Below, in pieces: positions 35,259 through 46,729 of a stretch of 50,671 bases of DNA. Position 1 is the stretch's first letter, and every line of letters starts with the position of its first letter. A program made the position numbers and the translations under genes. Where the stretch lies: contig NW_021834185.1 of assembly GCF_006345805.1 (NCBI RefSeq), forward strand, positions 1 through 50,671, given 5' to 3'. Below the pieces are notes generated by a model. The model had not been told where the DNA came from. It did not search any database and saw only the letters and a program-made list of their open reading frames with translations. The DNA comes from Octopus sinensis. Taxonomy: Eukaryota.

Positions 35259-35686
35259 GTATTTATACGATGGACTTCTAACCCTAACTCTAAAACCCTA
35301 ACCCTAAACCCCTAAGGCTAAAACCAGTACAAACGCACTAACGATGTCATAAATAACAGTGACAAACAAAATATAGACCGCCGATAGTTGTTGACAAACA
35401 ACGGCAGTAATTTTATTCAGCTGAATACACGTTACTGATTGGTTGAAATTACCGAAATACGACAACTTTAACACGAAATAATTTTGAAAATATAAACTTT
35501 TCTCAACAACACTAAGAATAAAAGATATATTTTATGTATGAGACATTCTACCAGTGTCTGAAGTTTGAAAGTGTTTAGTTACAAAGAATTAATTTCTTGA
35601 TCTGCCGTTCAAAGGGAAAAGATCCAAGGTTTTGGTCAGCTATAGGCTATAAATGAAGACAGCTATAGGCTATAAATGAAGACACT

Positions 35687-35923
35687 CATCACGGCGCTGA
35701 GCTGGCAGAATCGTTAGCACAGTGGGCGAAATGCTTAGCCGTATTTCGTCTGCCGTTACGTTCTGAGTTCAAATTCCGCCAAGGTCGACTTTGCCTTTCA
35801 TCCTTTCGAGGTCAACTAAATAAGTACCAGTTACGCACTGGGGTCGATATAATCGATTCAATCCGTTTGTCTGTCTTTGTTTGTCCCCTCTGTGTTTAGC
35901 CCTTTGTGGGTAGTAAAGAAATG
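35687..35923 (+). mobile_element. SINE family B inserted into a family C remnant, 16-bp TSD
   Basis: TSD TATAAATGAAGACACT at 35671-35686 and 35924-35939. Confidence 0.9.
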
Positions 35924-36258
35924 TATAAATGAAGACACTTGCCCAAGGTGCCACGCAGTGGAACTGAACCCAGCACCATGTGGTTGGAAAGCAAGCTTCT
36001 TACCACACAGTCACATCAGTGCTTATATTTAGACCTACATTATCTAACGTCTTCTGTTTGTTTTCTAATAAGGTAGGGTGTAATGTAAGGAAACTAGCTA
36101 TTATTTCTAGCGCAAGTCTTACAATTACACAGATGCTCTCTTTTTGGGCTCACTAGTGCTGAATGCTTAGTACTCTGTCAGCCCAAATGGAGCAGACCCA
36201 TGATCACAGATAATCCAGTTGCTGCTGTAGTAAGTCATAAAAGGTGGCAATATGACAT

Positions 36259-36820
36259 GGAAGCACTCCGTCGGTTACGACGATGAGGGTTCCGGTTGAT
36301 CCGAATCAACGGAACAGCCTGCTCGTGAAATTAACGTGTAAGTGGCTGAGCACTCCACAGACACACGCACCCTTAACGTAGTTCTCGGGGATATTCAGCG
36401 TGACACAGAGAGTGACAAGGCCGGCCCTTTGAAATACAGGTACAACAGAAACAGGAAGTAAGAGTGAGAGAAAGTTGTGGTGAAAGAGTACAACAGGGAT
36501 CACCACCATCCCCTGCCGGAGCCTCGTGGAGCTTTAGGTGCTTTTGCTCAATAAACACTCACAACGCCCGGTCTGGGAATCGAAACCGCGATCCTATGGC
36601 CGGCCCTTTGAAATACAGGTACAACAGAAACAGGAAGTAAGAGTGAGAGAAAGTTGTGGTGAAAGAGTACAACAGGGATCACCACCATCCCCTGCCGGAG
36701 CCTCGTGGAGCTTTAGGTGTTTTTGCTCAATAAACACTCACAACGCCCGGTCTGGGAATCGAAACCACGATCCTATGACCGCGAGTCCGCTGCCCTAACC
36801 ACTGGGCCATTGCGCCTCCA
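36259..36820 (-). mobile_element. SINE family A with an internal 179-bp tandem duplication, 11-bp TSD
   Basis: TSD CAATATGACAT at 36248-36258 and 36821-36831; duplicated block starts at 36419 and 36598. Confidence 0.9.
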
Positions 36821-37134
36821 CAATATGACATAATGGTTGTTTGCCCAAACAAGCATGATTGTTGGTAATCCCATTGGTTAAAATTATTGCTCAGATACGA
36901 ATTCTAAACTTTTGTCAAAGGAATCTTTCACAAAATACAGTTTTTAGAATTTGTATATGGGCAATAATTTTAACTAATAGGATTTCCAACAACCATGCTT
37001 GTTCGGGCAAACGACCATTATGTCATATTGCCCCCTTTTATGACTTGCAGCACTGCTATCATGTCTAATCTTGAAACTGTAAACTCATTTACATTATCGC
37101 ATGTTGCTGCAAAATTTTCAGAAGCATTGTACTT

Positions 37135-37560
37135 TATAATATGAGGTTTATACCTGTAATTATTGGGGCCCTGGGATATGTAACATACTGCTTAAATACC
37201 TATTTCTTTACTACCCACAAGGGGCTAAACACAGACAGGACAAACAAAAGGATTAAGTCGATTATATCGACCCCAGTGCGTAACTGGTCCTTAATTTATC
37301 GACCCCGAAAGGATGAAAGGCAAAGTCAACCTCGGCAGAATTTGAACTCAGAACGTTACAGCAGGCGAAATACCGCTAAGCATTTTGCCCGACGTGCTAA
37401 CGATTCTGCCAGCTCGCCGCCTTTATACTGCTTAAATACCAATCTTGAGAAACTCGGCTTCTCAAAACCAGAAAGGAGAAAGTTAATTCGAAGACTACAG
37501 ATCCAATCCATCACTGGAACTGTAAAAATCTGTAAAACTTTCCAGAAGTTTATCATTTAA
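37135..37560 (+). mobile_element. C-terminal fragment of an R4/Dong-type (RLE) non-LTR element interrupted by a family B SINE
   Basis: RFIPVIIGALG...CLNT|NLEKLGF...IQSITGTVKICKTF*; SINE on the - strand with 16-bp TSD ATACTGCTTAAATACC at 37185-37200 and 37425-37440. Confidence 0.7.
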
Positions 37561-37665
37561 ATATATATGAGCATGTCTAGATATGCAAGTATATGCATGA
37601 GAATACATACATAAATACATACTTACACACACACACACACACACACACAACACACACACACACAC

Positions 37666-37701
<36 letters not shown>

Positions 37702-38299
37702 TACATACATACATACATACATACATACATACATACATACATACATACATAATACATACATACATACATACATACATGCATACATACATACATTTATGCA
37801 TACAAACAAACAAAAATACCCAGTTGTTGATGTTGAAATTCCAATGAAGGAGCCTTGGATCTAGGTTAGAAACCAGTTCTTTCTCTATTGGCAAGAAATC
37901 TTGAAATAAACTGAATAATGACACACACACACACACACAAACACACATTATTGGTAGGATCAACAAAATGGACATACAGGAATACATACATATGTGTGTG
38001 TGTGTGTGAGCACTATTTTTATCTCTACAAGATAATTACTTATTTACTTAGCATACCAAAACAGTTTAAACCCATTAATTGCCAAATTTTTATTCATATT
38101 TAATTGGCTTTTCCTGGTGTGTTAGGAGTTAAAATAATATATAGTATTTAAATTTTTCTTCATATGTGACGTATTTTGGAAATTGTGATAAATTTTTTGA
38201 AAATGGGGATTGCTGAAAAAAAGCATATTTATCCGTCTCTATTCAATTGCAATAATAAACATTTTTGCTTTTTTGAAACTATAATATCAAATGCGAATA

Positions 38300-38760
38300 A
38301 TCATCATCATCGTTAAATGTCTGCTTTCCGTGCTGGCATAGGTTGGATGGTTTGACTAAGGACTGGCAAGCCAGTAGGCTGCACCAGGCTTCAGTCTGAT
38401 CTGGCAAGGTTTCTACAGCTGGAGGCCCTTCCTAATAACAACCACTCCGAGAGTGTAGTAGGTGCTTTTTACATGCTACTGGCACAAGTGCCAGTCAGGC
38501 AGTACTGGCATTGACCACGCTCGAATGTTGCTTTTTACATGCCACCGGCACAGAGCTAGTCAGGTAGCACTGGCAATGACCATGCTCGAATGGTGCATTT
38601 TTCATGCCACCAGCACAGGACCAATCAGGTGGTACTGGCATCGACCATTTTTGTATGGTGCATTTTACATACCACTGGTATGGGAGCCAGTCCAGTGGGA
38701 TTGGCATCAACCATACTCAAATGGTGCATTTTTCATGCCACCATAATGGGTGCCAGCCAC
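38300..38760 (-). mobile_element. Family D retroposon with an internal GC-rich minisatellite
   Basis: Repeats of TTTTACATGCCACC..CACAG..CCAGTCAGG..GTACTGGCA..GACCA; the same arrays occur at about 46300-46520 and 46950-47200. Confidence 0.75.
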
Positions 38761-39179
38761 GACAATGATTTCACTGGAAAGGCAAAAAAAAAAAGGAATG
38801 TTTTCAAAACAGTCAATATTTTTGTAGTTCAAAGATTGCGATTTATGACATAAAATGTCCTCTAGAATTAGCCAGAACTAATAACGACTAACTTGAACTA
38901 CTAAATATTGTTAAACACACCTCTGCAAATGCAGTCTACATAAGCAATTCACTTTAAATACAATGAACAACCGGCAGTGAGACTGTTTTTAGCAGATCCC
39001 CAAATGGGGCTCATAGCATTTTACCAACATGATGAGTCCAGATTCAGCATCATAACCACCATACTGCATATACTACATATACATGCTGGATTTTCTCTCA
39101 TACATGTTGAATCTTTCAGGCGAAAATTTTCAACCAAAAAGTGTAGGTCAAGCTATATATATCCAGATGGCTTTGAAGA

Positions 39180-39794
39180 ACCGAAAACTCCACATGAAAT
39201 GCAGAAGATTTTGGAAAGATTGTGATGATGTTAAATACTTATGTTGACTTTTATGCTTGAAAATAGGGGACCCTTCTACACACATCAGTATATATACAAT
39301 ACACACACTTCACTGTACCATTTATAACACTCACCATACAAAAATGCTACACATCTACACACATATCACTACATGTACACCAACACATACATTCATACAC
39401 ACACTCCACTACACATGTGGCTACAAATCCATTCCTGTACAAACCCCACCAAACTCAATGCTGCCATTTAGCATGAGCTGCTTGTCTACCGAAAACTCCA
39501 CATGAAATGCAGAAGATTTTGGAAAGATTGTGATGATGTTAAATACTATGTTGACTTTTATGCTTGAAAATAGGGAACCCTTCTACACACATCAGTATAT
39601 ATACAATACACACACGTCACTGTACCATTTATAACACTCACCATACAAAAATGCTACACATCTACGCACATATAACTACATGCACACCAACACATACATT
39701 CATACACACACTCCACTACACATGTGGCTACAAATCCACTCCTGTACAAAACTCACCAAACTGAATGCTGCCATTTAGCATGAGCTGCTTGTCT
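39180..39794. repeat. Direct tandem duplication, 308/307-bp units
   Basis: ACCGAAAACTCCACATG starts at 39180 and 39488. Confidence 0.9.
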
Positions 39795-40828
39795 TAGTAA
39801 AACTCTACCATTTTTTATACCAACTTAGCTTCCAGAATTCTTGTTATGATTTCCAAACTGTTCCCTCCAGCATGTCATGCATCACAGTGTTTGGCCCCTC
39901 CTTGAATTTCTTAAATATTCCTCTTGGTCCCCTGTGCGAATTGGTTGGTTTTTCTGTTGAATAGTAAATGCTGATCACTCTCCAAAAGTTTCTCTTTGCA
40001 AACCCTAAACAGAAACCCCTATTACTGATTTCAAATTTTGGCACAAGGCCAACAAGTTCAAGGGAGAGGGTAAGTCAATTACACCGACCCCAGTGCTCAA
40101 TTGGTCCTTATTTTATTCACCCCAAAAAGATGAAAGACAAAGTCAACCTCGGTAGAATTTGAATTCAAAGCATAAAGCTGGATGAAATACCATTAACGAT
40201 TCTGCCTGCTCGTTACCTTAGAAACTTCTATAATTAAAGACCAATTTTATTTCTCTTCCAAAGTAAGAGTCTTAGATGTTTTATAAGCTGAGTAATAGCA
40301 GCCAAACCTCTCTTAGATCTATACTTTACCATCTCAAAAAGAGAGAAAAAATGGAAGGACACACTGAATAATAATGTCCTAGATATGCTATGTCTCAAAA
40401 CAACAGATGTCGTAGCTAGAAAACATTTAATTAAAGATCTTCTTGATCAACATTGACCATGGGCTAAACAGTGACAGCAATAACAACAATTATAAATCTT
40501 TTGTCCTTCATGAAACTAAAATTATTAAAAAAGGTGAGAAAAAAAACAAAACAAAAAAAAAACAATCTAATTCTTGTTCAAATGCTTGTAAACAGAATTG
40601 CAGGAACAGTTTTGCTCTTGGGAATTGGCATGGATCCAAAATCCAATTGACAGTCGCCAAATCCAGTTTCAAAATGTTTAATTTCATGACAGTTTGGTCT
40701 GAAGCAAATCTTGTATTTCTGTTTTTGGAAGTCTTGCAGAAATCAGAATTATTGACCTTATTCAAACAATGATTTCTTAAATTGACTCAAGACTAACCAT
40801 TCATAAGAGAATGAGTATCATCTGTTAA

Positions 40829-41037
40829 CCCTTTAGTATTTAAACCGGCCAAAATAGCTAATCTGTTTTATGTTCAAACTGACCAGATCCAGGCTCTCAC
40901 ACCTACCCTACAATGTTATTCTACATGAAGTAATTGCACCATCAAGATCTTGAAGATATGAGATAATGCATGATTAATTCAAATCAATGGGAATCAATAA
41001 GCATTATGTTTGATAGAATGATCTGAACACTAAAGGG
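40829..41037. mobile_element. piggyBac-type MITE, second family
   Basis: TTAA|CCCTTTAG...CTAAAGGG|TTAA. Confidence 0.8.
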
Positions 41038-41630
41038 TTAAATTAGTTTTGTTGTTTACCTGGTGCTTACTTTATTTTATTTACCTGTGACAGGTGAAAG
41101 ACATCAGGTTAACGAGAACCCAATCACTCTATTGATGAATGTATTGAACTCAGCAAATACAGATTAATGAAAATAATTAGGTTAACATTAATTAAATAAT
41201 TAGGTTAACATGTTACATAAAGAATGGAATGTAGAGTAGGAATTTGATTGAAGGATGTGTCTGTGATGCCAGTGGAAATCATGGTACCATGAAATCAAAC
41301 TAACTGAAGTACAATTAAGTAAGGTGGAGTACTATCTTACTGGCACCTGTGCTGGTGGAATGTATAAAAGGATTCGAGCGAGGTCGTTGCCAGTACTGCC
41401 TGACTGGCCCCCGTGCCAATGGCACATAAAAAGCACCCACTACACTCTCGGAGTGGTTGGCATTAGGAAGGGCATCCAGCTGTAGAAACTCTGCCAAATC
41501 AAGACTGGAGCCTAGAGCAGCCATCTGGTTCGCCAGCCCTCAGTCAAAATCTTCCAACCCATGCTAGCATGGAAAGTAGACGTTAAACGATGATGATGAT
41601 GATGATGATGATATATACACATATACATAC

Positions 41631-41671
<41 letters not shown>

Positions 41672-41914
41672 TGGGTGTGCATGTGTTTGAGTTTGCATTT
41701 TTTTTTATGTCACATGGTAGTTGTAAACTTAAATGCAGGCATTGTCCTTCGTTGCCAATATTTTGTGAGAACATATTTGGCCAGGAGAGAAATATCACCT
41801 TGCTTGGAAAGAGGTGAGGTTTGGTGATAGGAAAGGCATCCAGCTGTAGAAAAATCTGCCTCAATGAATTTTAACTGATCCATGCATGTGTAGAGAAGGG
41901 GACAGTAAAATTAT

Positions 41915-42425
41915 GATATTTGTGGTGGTGATGATGATGGTGGTGGTGCTTGTGATGATGGTGATGGTGGTAGTGATGGTGGTGGTGGTTATGATGATGG
42001 TGGTGGTGGTGGTGATAGTGATGATGATGGTGGTTATAATGATGGTGGTGGTGATGATGGTGGGAGTGATAATGATGATGATGGTGGTGGTGGTGATGAT
42101 GATGGTGGTGGTGGTTATGATGATGGTGGTGGTGGTGGTGGTAGTGATGATGATGATGGTGGTTATAATGATGGCGGTGATGGTGGTGGTGGTGATGGCG
42201 ATGATGATGATGGTGGTGATGGTGATGGTGGTGGTGGTGATGGCGATAATAATGATGGTGGTGGTGGTGGTGGTGATGGTGATGATGAGGATGATGATGG
42301 CAGCAGTGATGATGATGATAGCGGTGGTGGTGGCAGCGGTGATGATGATGATGAAGATGATCACTATGATGACGATGGCGATGACAACGATGATGCCAAG
42401 AGCAACGAAGACGATGACAATGACG
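41915..42425. repeat. (GGT/GAT)n compound array following a family D-like 3' end
   Basis: Directly visible; preceded by GGAAAGGCATCCAGCTGTAGAAAAATCTGCC. Confidence 0.9.
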
Positions 42426-42580
42426 TATCTTAAGACATCATCTATTTATATCCAAGCTCCCTTTGCATCAAATTGTTAAATAACGATTCAATTACTCTTG
42501 GCCGTTATTATTTTGTCTGTTTTTATTCGTTGATATCAATTTCTTATCAAAGTGCTATGTCAATTTGCTGACAAAGCTGG

Positions 42581-43393
42581 CCGATGATAAAAGATATGAC
42601 TAATGGAAAAAAAAACCAAAAACCAAATAAAATAAATGATAAAAATAACGCGTTTTCTAATTTAGCACAAGGTCGACAAGTTTGAGAAAGTTAGTCAACA
42701 CCATGCGTCTCTGCTTTTACACTGACTTGATTTTTATTTTTCATTCTTCAAAAGGATAAGAGGCAAAAATGGATGGCACCAGGAAGGTAGAGAACCTCAA
42801 AAAAATACCACGAGATGTAGTGTGTGGGGAGAAGAAATCACAGTCATGGGTGGAGGAACCAAAATACAGCCCTCATATTGCCAGAGGTTCTGGTCCTCAT
42901 CTGAGGGGCTCAAGAGCCTGAGGTCAGCTTTCACCACTTCATCCCATATCTTCCCGAGTCTTCTTCTTTTGCAGATTCCAGCCAGATTCCGATGATAAAA
43001 GATATGACTAATGGAAAAAAAAACCCCAAAAACCAAATAAAATAAATGATAAAAATAATGCGTTTTCTAATTTAGCACAAGGTCGACAAGTTTGAGAAAG
43101 TTAGTCAACACCATGCGTCTCTGCTTTTACACCGACTTGATTTTTATTTTTCATTCTTCAAAAGATAAGAGGCGAAAATGGATGGCACCAGGAAGGTAGA
43201 GAGTCTCAAAAAATACCATGAGATGTAGTGTGTGGGGAGAAGGAATTACAGTCATGGGTGGAGGAACCAAAATACAGCACTCACATTGCCAGAGGTTCTG
43301 GTCCTCATCCGAGGGGCTCAAGATCCTGAGGTCAGCTTTCAGCACTTCATCCCATATCTTCCCGAGTCTTCTTCTTTTGTAGGTTCCAGCCAC
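42581..43393. repeat. Direct tandem duplication, about 408-bp unit, including an RTE 3' end
   Basis: CCGATGATAAAAGATATG at 42581 and 42989. Confidence 0.9.
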
Positions 43394-43619
43394 ATTAAGT
43401 GAACGGCACTTTTTTATACGGCTGTCCTCATTCACACGCATCACATGATTATACCATTTCAGTCTTCTTTTCTCTGATTCCTCCTACACCCAGTTTTCTG
43501 CTAATTTGTACTAATTCTTTCATGTACACCCACATTGCACACCCAGTGGAGCCAGCTGACTTCATTTCTTTCCAGTCTTCTCAAACCTTCTGCATTCTAG
43601 ACCCATATCTCACTACCAT

Positions 43620-43620
<1 letters not shown>
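43270..43620 (-). mobile_element. RTE LINE 3' fragment, similar to 5425-6320
   Basis: HVMRVNEDSRIKKCRSLNVAGTYKRRRLGKIWDEVLKADL. Confidence 0.8.
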
Positions 43621-43673
<53 letters not shown>

Positions 43674-43882
43674 ATATATATATTATATATATATATATAT
43701 AATAATAATAAATATTAGGGAATAAATCCAAATTTACAGGGAAAAAAACAGATTTAGGATTAAATCCAATTTTATAGTAAAATATTATAAAATATTATTA
43801 GAGACAAAACCACTATTTTGCAAAACAAACAAGGAAAGACTTAATCAATACATAAAATTTTAATAAATAGTCAAAAAAACCG

Positions 43883-43925
43883 CCACTACAATCGTTTCTT
43901 GTCTTGATCGACAATCTTCAGGTGG
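43883..43925 (-). ncRNA. Minimal type I hammerhead ribozyme (mirror copy)
   Basis: Exact reverse complement of 43976-44018. Confidence 0.75.
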
Positions 43926-43975
43926 ACTTCCAATAATTCAGTTACTTCATAATTTGTAACTGAATTATTGGAAGT

Positions 43976-44018
43976 CCACCTGAAGATTGTCGATCAAGAC
44001 AAGAAACGATTGTAGTGG
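43976..44018 (+). ncRNA. Minimal type I hammerhead ribozyme, predicted cleavage after 44014
   Basis: CCAC-CUGAAGA-UUGUC-GAUCAA-GACAA-GAAAC-GAUU-GUA/GUGG: complete core, 4-bp helix I, 5-bp helix II, self-complementary helix III (ACGAUUGU with G.U pairs). Confidence 0.75.
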
Positions 44019-44138
44019 CGGTTTTTTTGACTATTTATTAAAATTTTATGTATTGATTAAGTCTTTCCTTGTTTGTTTTGCAAAATAGTGGTTTTGTCTC
44101 TAATAATATTTTATATATATATATATATATATATAATC

Positions 44139-44273
44139 AAAATAAGCAACAAGAATGACTCCGGTAATTTGGTACAATTGTTTCGCATTACAACATTTTA
44201 TTAAAAGTTTATTAAATGTTGTAGTGCAAAACAATTGTACCAAATTACCGGAGTCATTCTTGTTGCTTATTTT
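44139..44273. repeat. Fold-back inverted repeat containing only the 3' half of a hammerhead-like motif
   Basis: Arms carry GC(G/A)AAACAATTGTACC; no CUGANGA is present. Confidence 0.85.
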
Positions 44274-44400
44274 TTATTATAATCACCCCGCAATTTTTTT
44301 ATGGATAACACCAAACAAAATTCTGGTGCATCTAAATTAAGTACCATATTCATTTGAATCTAAATTTTGCTGAACTTATATATATATATATATTGTTAAG

Positions 44401-44717
44401 GCACATGGCTTAGTATCTTGGGCATTCAGCTCACAATTGTAAGGTTGTGAGTTCAGGTCCCAGTAATGCATTGTCTCCTTAAGCAAGACACTTTATTTCA
44501 CATTGCTCCGGTCCACTCAGCTGACAAAAATGAGTTGTACCTGTAATTCAAAGGGCCAGCTTTGTCACACTCTGTGTCACTCTGAATCTCTCTGAGAACT
44601 ATGTTAAGGGTACACGTGTTTGTGGAGTGCACAGCCACTTGCATGTTAATCTCACGAGCAAGCTGTTCTGTAGATCATATCAGCTGGACCCTTGTCGTAA
44701 CTGACAGAGTGCTCCGT
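44401..44717 (+). mobile_element. SINE family A, diverged
   Basis: Head GGCACATGGCTTAGT...GTGAGTTCAGG and core TCCACTCAGCTGACAAAAATGAGT. Confidence 0.85.
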
Positions 44718-45322
44718 GGTCCTATATATATATTACAAGTGTGACATACTTAATGAGGTGGTGAGCAGGCAAAATGGTTAGCATGGTGGACAAAATGCTT
44801 ATTGACATTTCATCTATCTTTACATTATGAGTTCAAATTCCACTGTGGTTGACTCTGCCTTTCATCCTTTTGGGGTCCATAAAATAAGTACCTGTTGAAC
44901 ATTGGGGTTGATGTAATCAACTTACACCCTCCCCTGAAATTGCTGGCCTTGTGCTAAAATATGAAACCAATATGACATAATTAATGTGTTATTAAATGCT
45001 GTGCAGCTTCAGTACTTCATGCCCATTGGAGATGTGTTGTCTTTAAAAACACAGCATACCTCAAAAGTAAGTGAAACAAAATCACCCTTGAAGTGAGAGA
45101 GCTAGAGAGAGGGACAGATACCAATATTTTGTGGTCATTTCTGCTCTTCAGTAGCACACACTCATCCATCACAGAAACAGTCTGTCTTGTCCAGCTAGAC
45201 ATATAGAGACAAATAGTATAAAAAATATTTGCTTATGAGCAAATGAATCGCACATGGAAAATGAAATTAGGATTTGTGTTTGAAGAATCTTAAATAAAGT
45301 TAATATTATTGATATGACATAC

Positions 45323-45503
45323 TTAATGTGCATGTGTGGTTAAGCACTGTGAAGGTGTGGTACTTTGTCCAGGGCGGGTACATGAATGTCCTTTCATCAC
45401 CATTCTTAATCTCTTTGCTGACATGCCCTTTCTTCTCCAGGTTAGGTTGAAATAAAAGAACTGAGTTCACAAAATTGTCGGTTGTCAATGGCTTGACCTG
45501 GGG
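45323..45503 (-). CDS. Candidate internal exon of an unidentified gene
   Basis: Acceptor TTTTTGTTGTTTAG, donor GTATGT, one open frame of 60 non-repetitive codons (PQVKPLTTDNFVNSVLLFQPNLEKKGHVSKEIKNGDERTFMYPPWTKYHTFTVLNHTCTL); family not recognised. Confidence 0.3.
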
Positions 45504-45984
45504 CTAAACAACAAAAATGAATCTTCTTTGTTGCAAACATATATTTCGTTTTCTTTCACAAAGACATGGTGCTGCAAAAAAGACCTCCCACGTCTTATAG
45601 GTTGGCAAATTTCTCAACAACAAATAAACTAGCATATAGTATGTACCAATCCCAACCATAATGATAACTCTAAAAAAACAACACAGACAAAAAATCTAGA
45701 ACAGTAAAAGATTAACTACAATGTAAAAGGAGGTGCTTAGGAGACGTCACCTCATTTTGAACAACAATTTGGTTGCTAAAGCATTCTCTAGTGACTAAAC
45801 AGATATTATTTGTCAATTGTCAATTATCCACCTTAACCTTATTTTTTACTTTGTTTAAGTAGATTTAAGTAAGTATTAAGTCCAGCTCTTTAACGAAATG
45901 GATTGGACCCCGAAGACTGTATCCAAATTGTTCTGGCATCAAAATGCCCAATTTTGATGTAATTGTAACAAAAATGAAATATCC

Positions 45985-46729
45985 TGTAGGGACCGTGTGA
46001 TGCAAGGGGACAAGAATGACTCCCTACTAATTGGTGACCTTGACATGATCTTAGTTATATGTAGCAGTTGGCACAATTAAGTAAGAGACAAATTGCACCA
46101 ACACCAACGGATCAGAATAGGGGACACAATGGAATCCAAACAGCGGCCAAAGGCTAGCTGTTACCCATAATGTTCAAACACACATATATATAATAAAGGG
46201 CACCCTTCAGTCATTGGACAATAAACTATGGTTGCGAAGACCTGTTGAGGCAAGTGAAATCGCTGTCATGGGCTGATGACAGTACTGCCTGATTGGCACC
46301 TGTGCCAGCAGAACAGTAAAAGCACCAATCAAGTGTGATCATTGCCAGGGCAGCTCACCGGCTCCCATACTGGTGGCACGTAAAAAAGGCACCATTCGAG
46401 CGTGGTTGTTGCCAGTGCTGCCGGACTGGCTCCTGTGAAGGTGGTATGTAAAAGGCACCATTTGAGCGTGGCTGATGCCAGTAGCGCCTGACTGGCCCTT
46501 GTGCCGGTGGCACTTAAAAAGCACCCACTGTAATCTCAGAGTGGTTGGCATTAGGAAGGGCATCCAGCTGTTGAAACTTTGGCAGATCATATTGGAGACT
46601 GGTGCAGCCTTCTGGCTCGCCAGCCTTCAGTCAAACTGTCCAACCCATGCCAGCATGGAAAGCAGACATTAAACGATGATGATGATGATAATAATGGGAG
46701 AGAGGAATTTCATTTGCGTGTATGCTACA
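45985..46729 (+). mobile_element. LTR-like repeat copy 1 (TGTAG...CTACA) split by a family D insertion
   Basis: Homologous to 47401-47644; insertion 46201-46688 flanked by TAATAAAGGG / TAATAATGGG. Confidence 0.6.

Larger units (their letters stand above)
43786..44115. repeat. Perfect palindrome: 160-bp arms, 10-nt loop, within (TA)n
   Basis: Arms 43786-43945 and 43956-44115 checked block by block with no mismatch. Confidence 0.97.

Noticed and set aside
38460-38750. Regularly spaced repeats suggestive of a CRISPR array
   Set aside because: Degenerate internal minisatellite of family D; no unique spacers, no cas genes, eukaryotic context.
40443-40772. 109-aa + ORF and overlapping - ORFs
   Set aside because: No recognisable family and weak splice signals.
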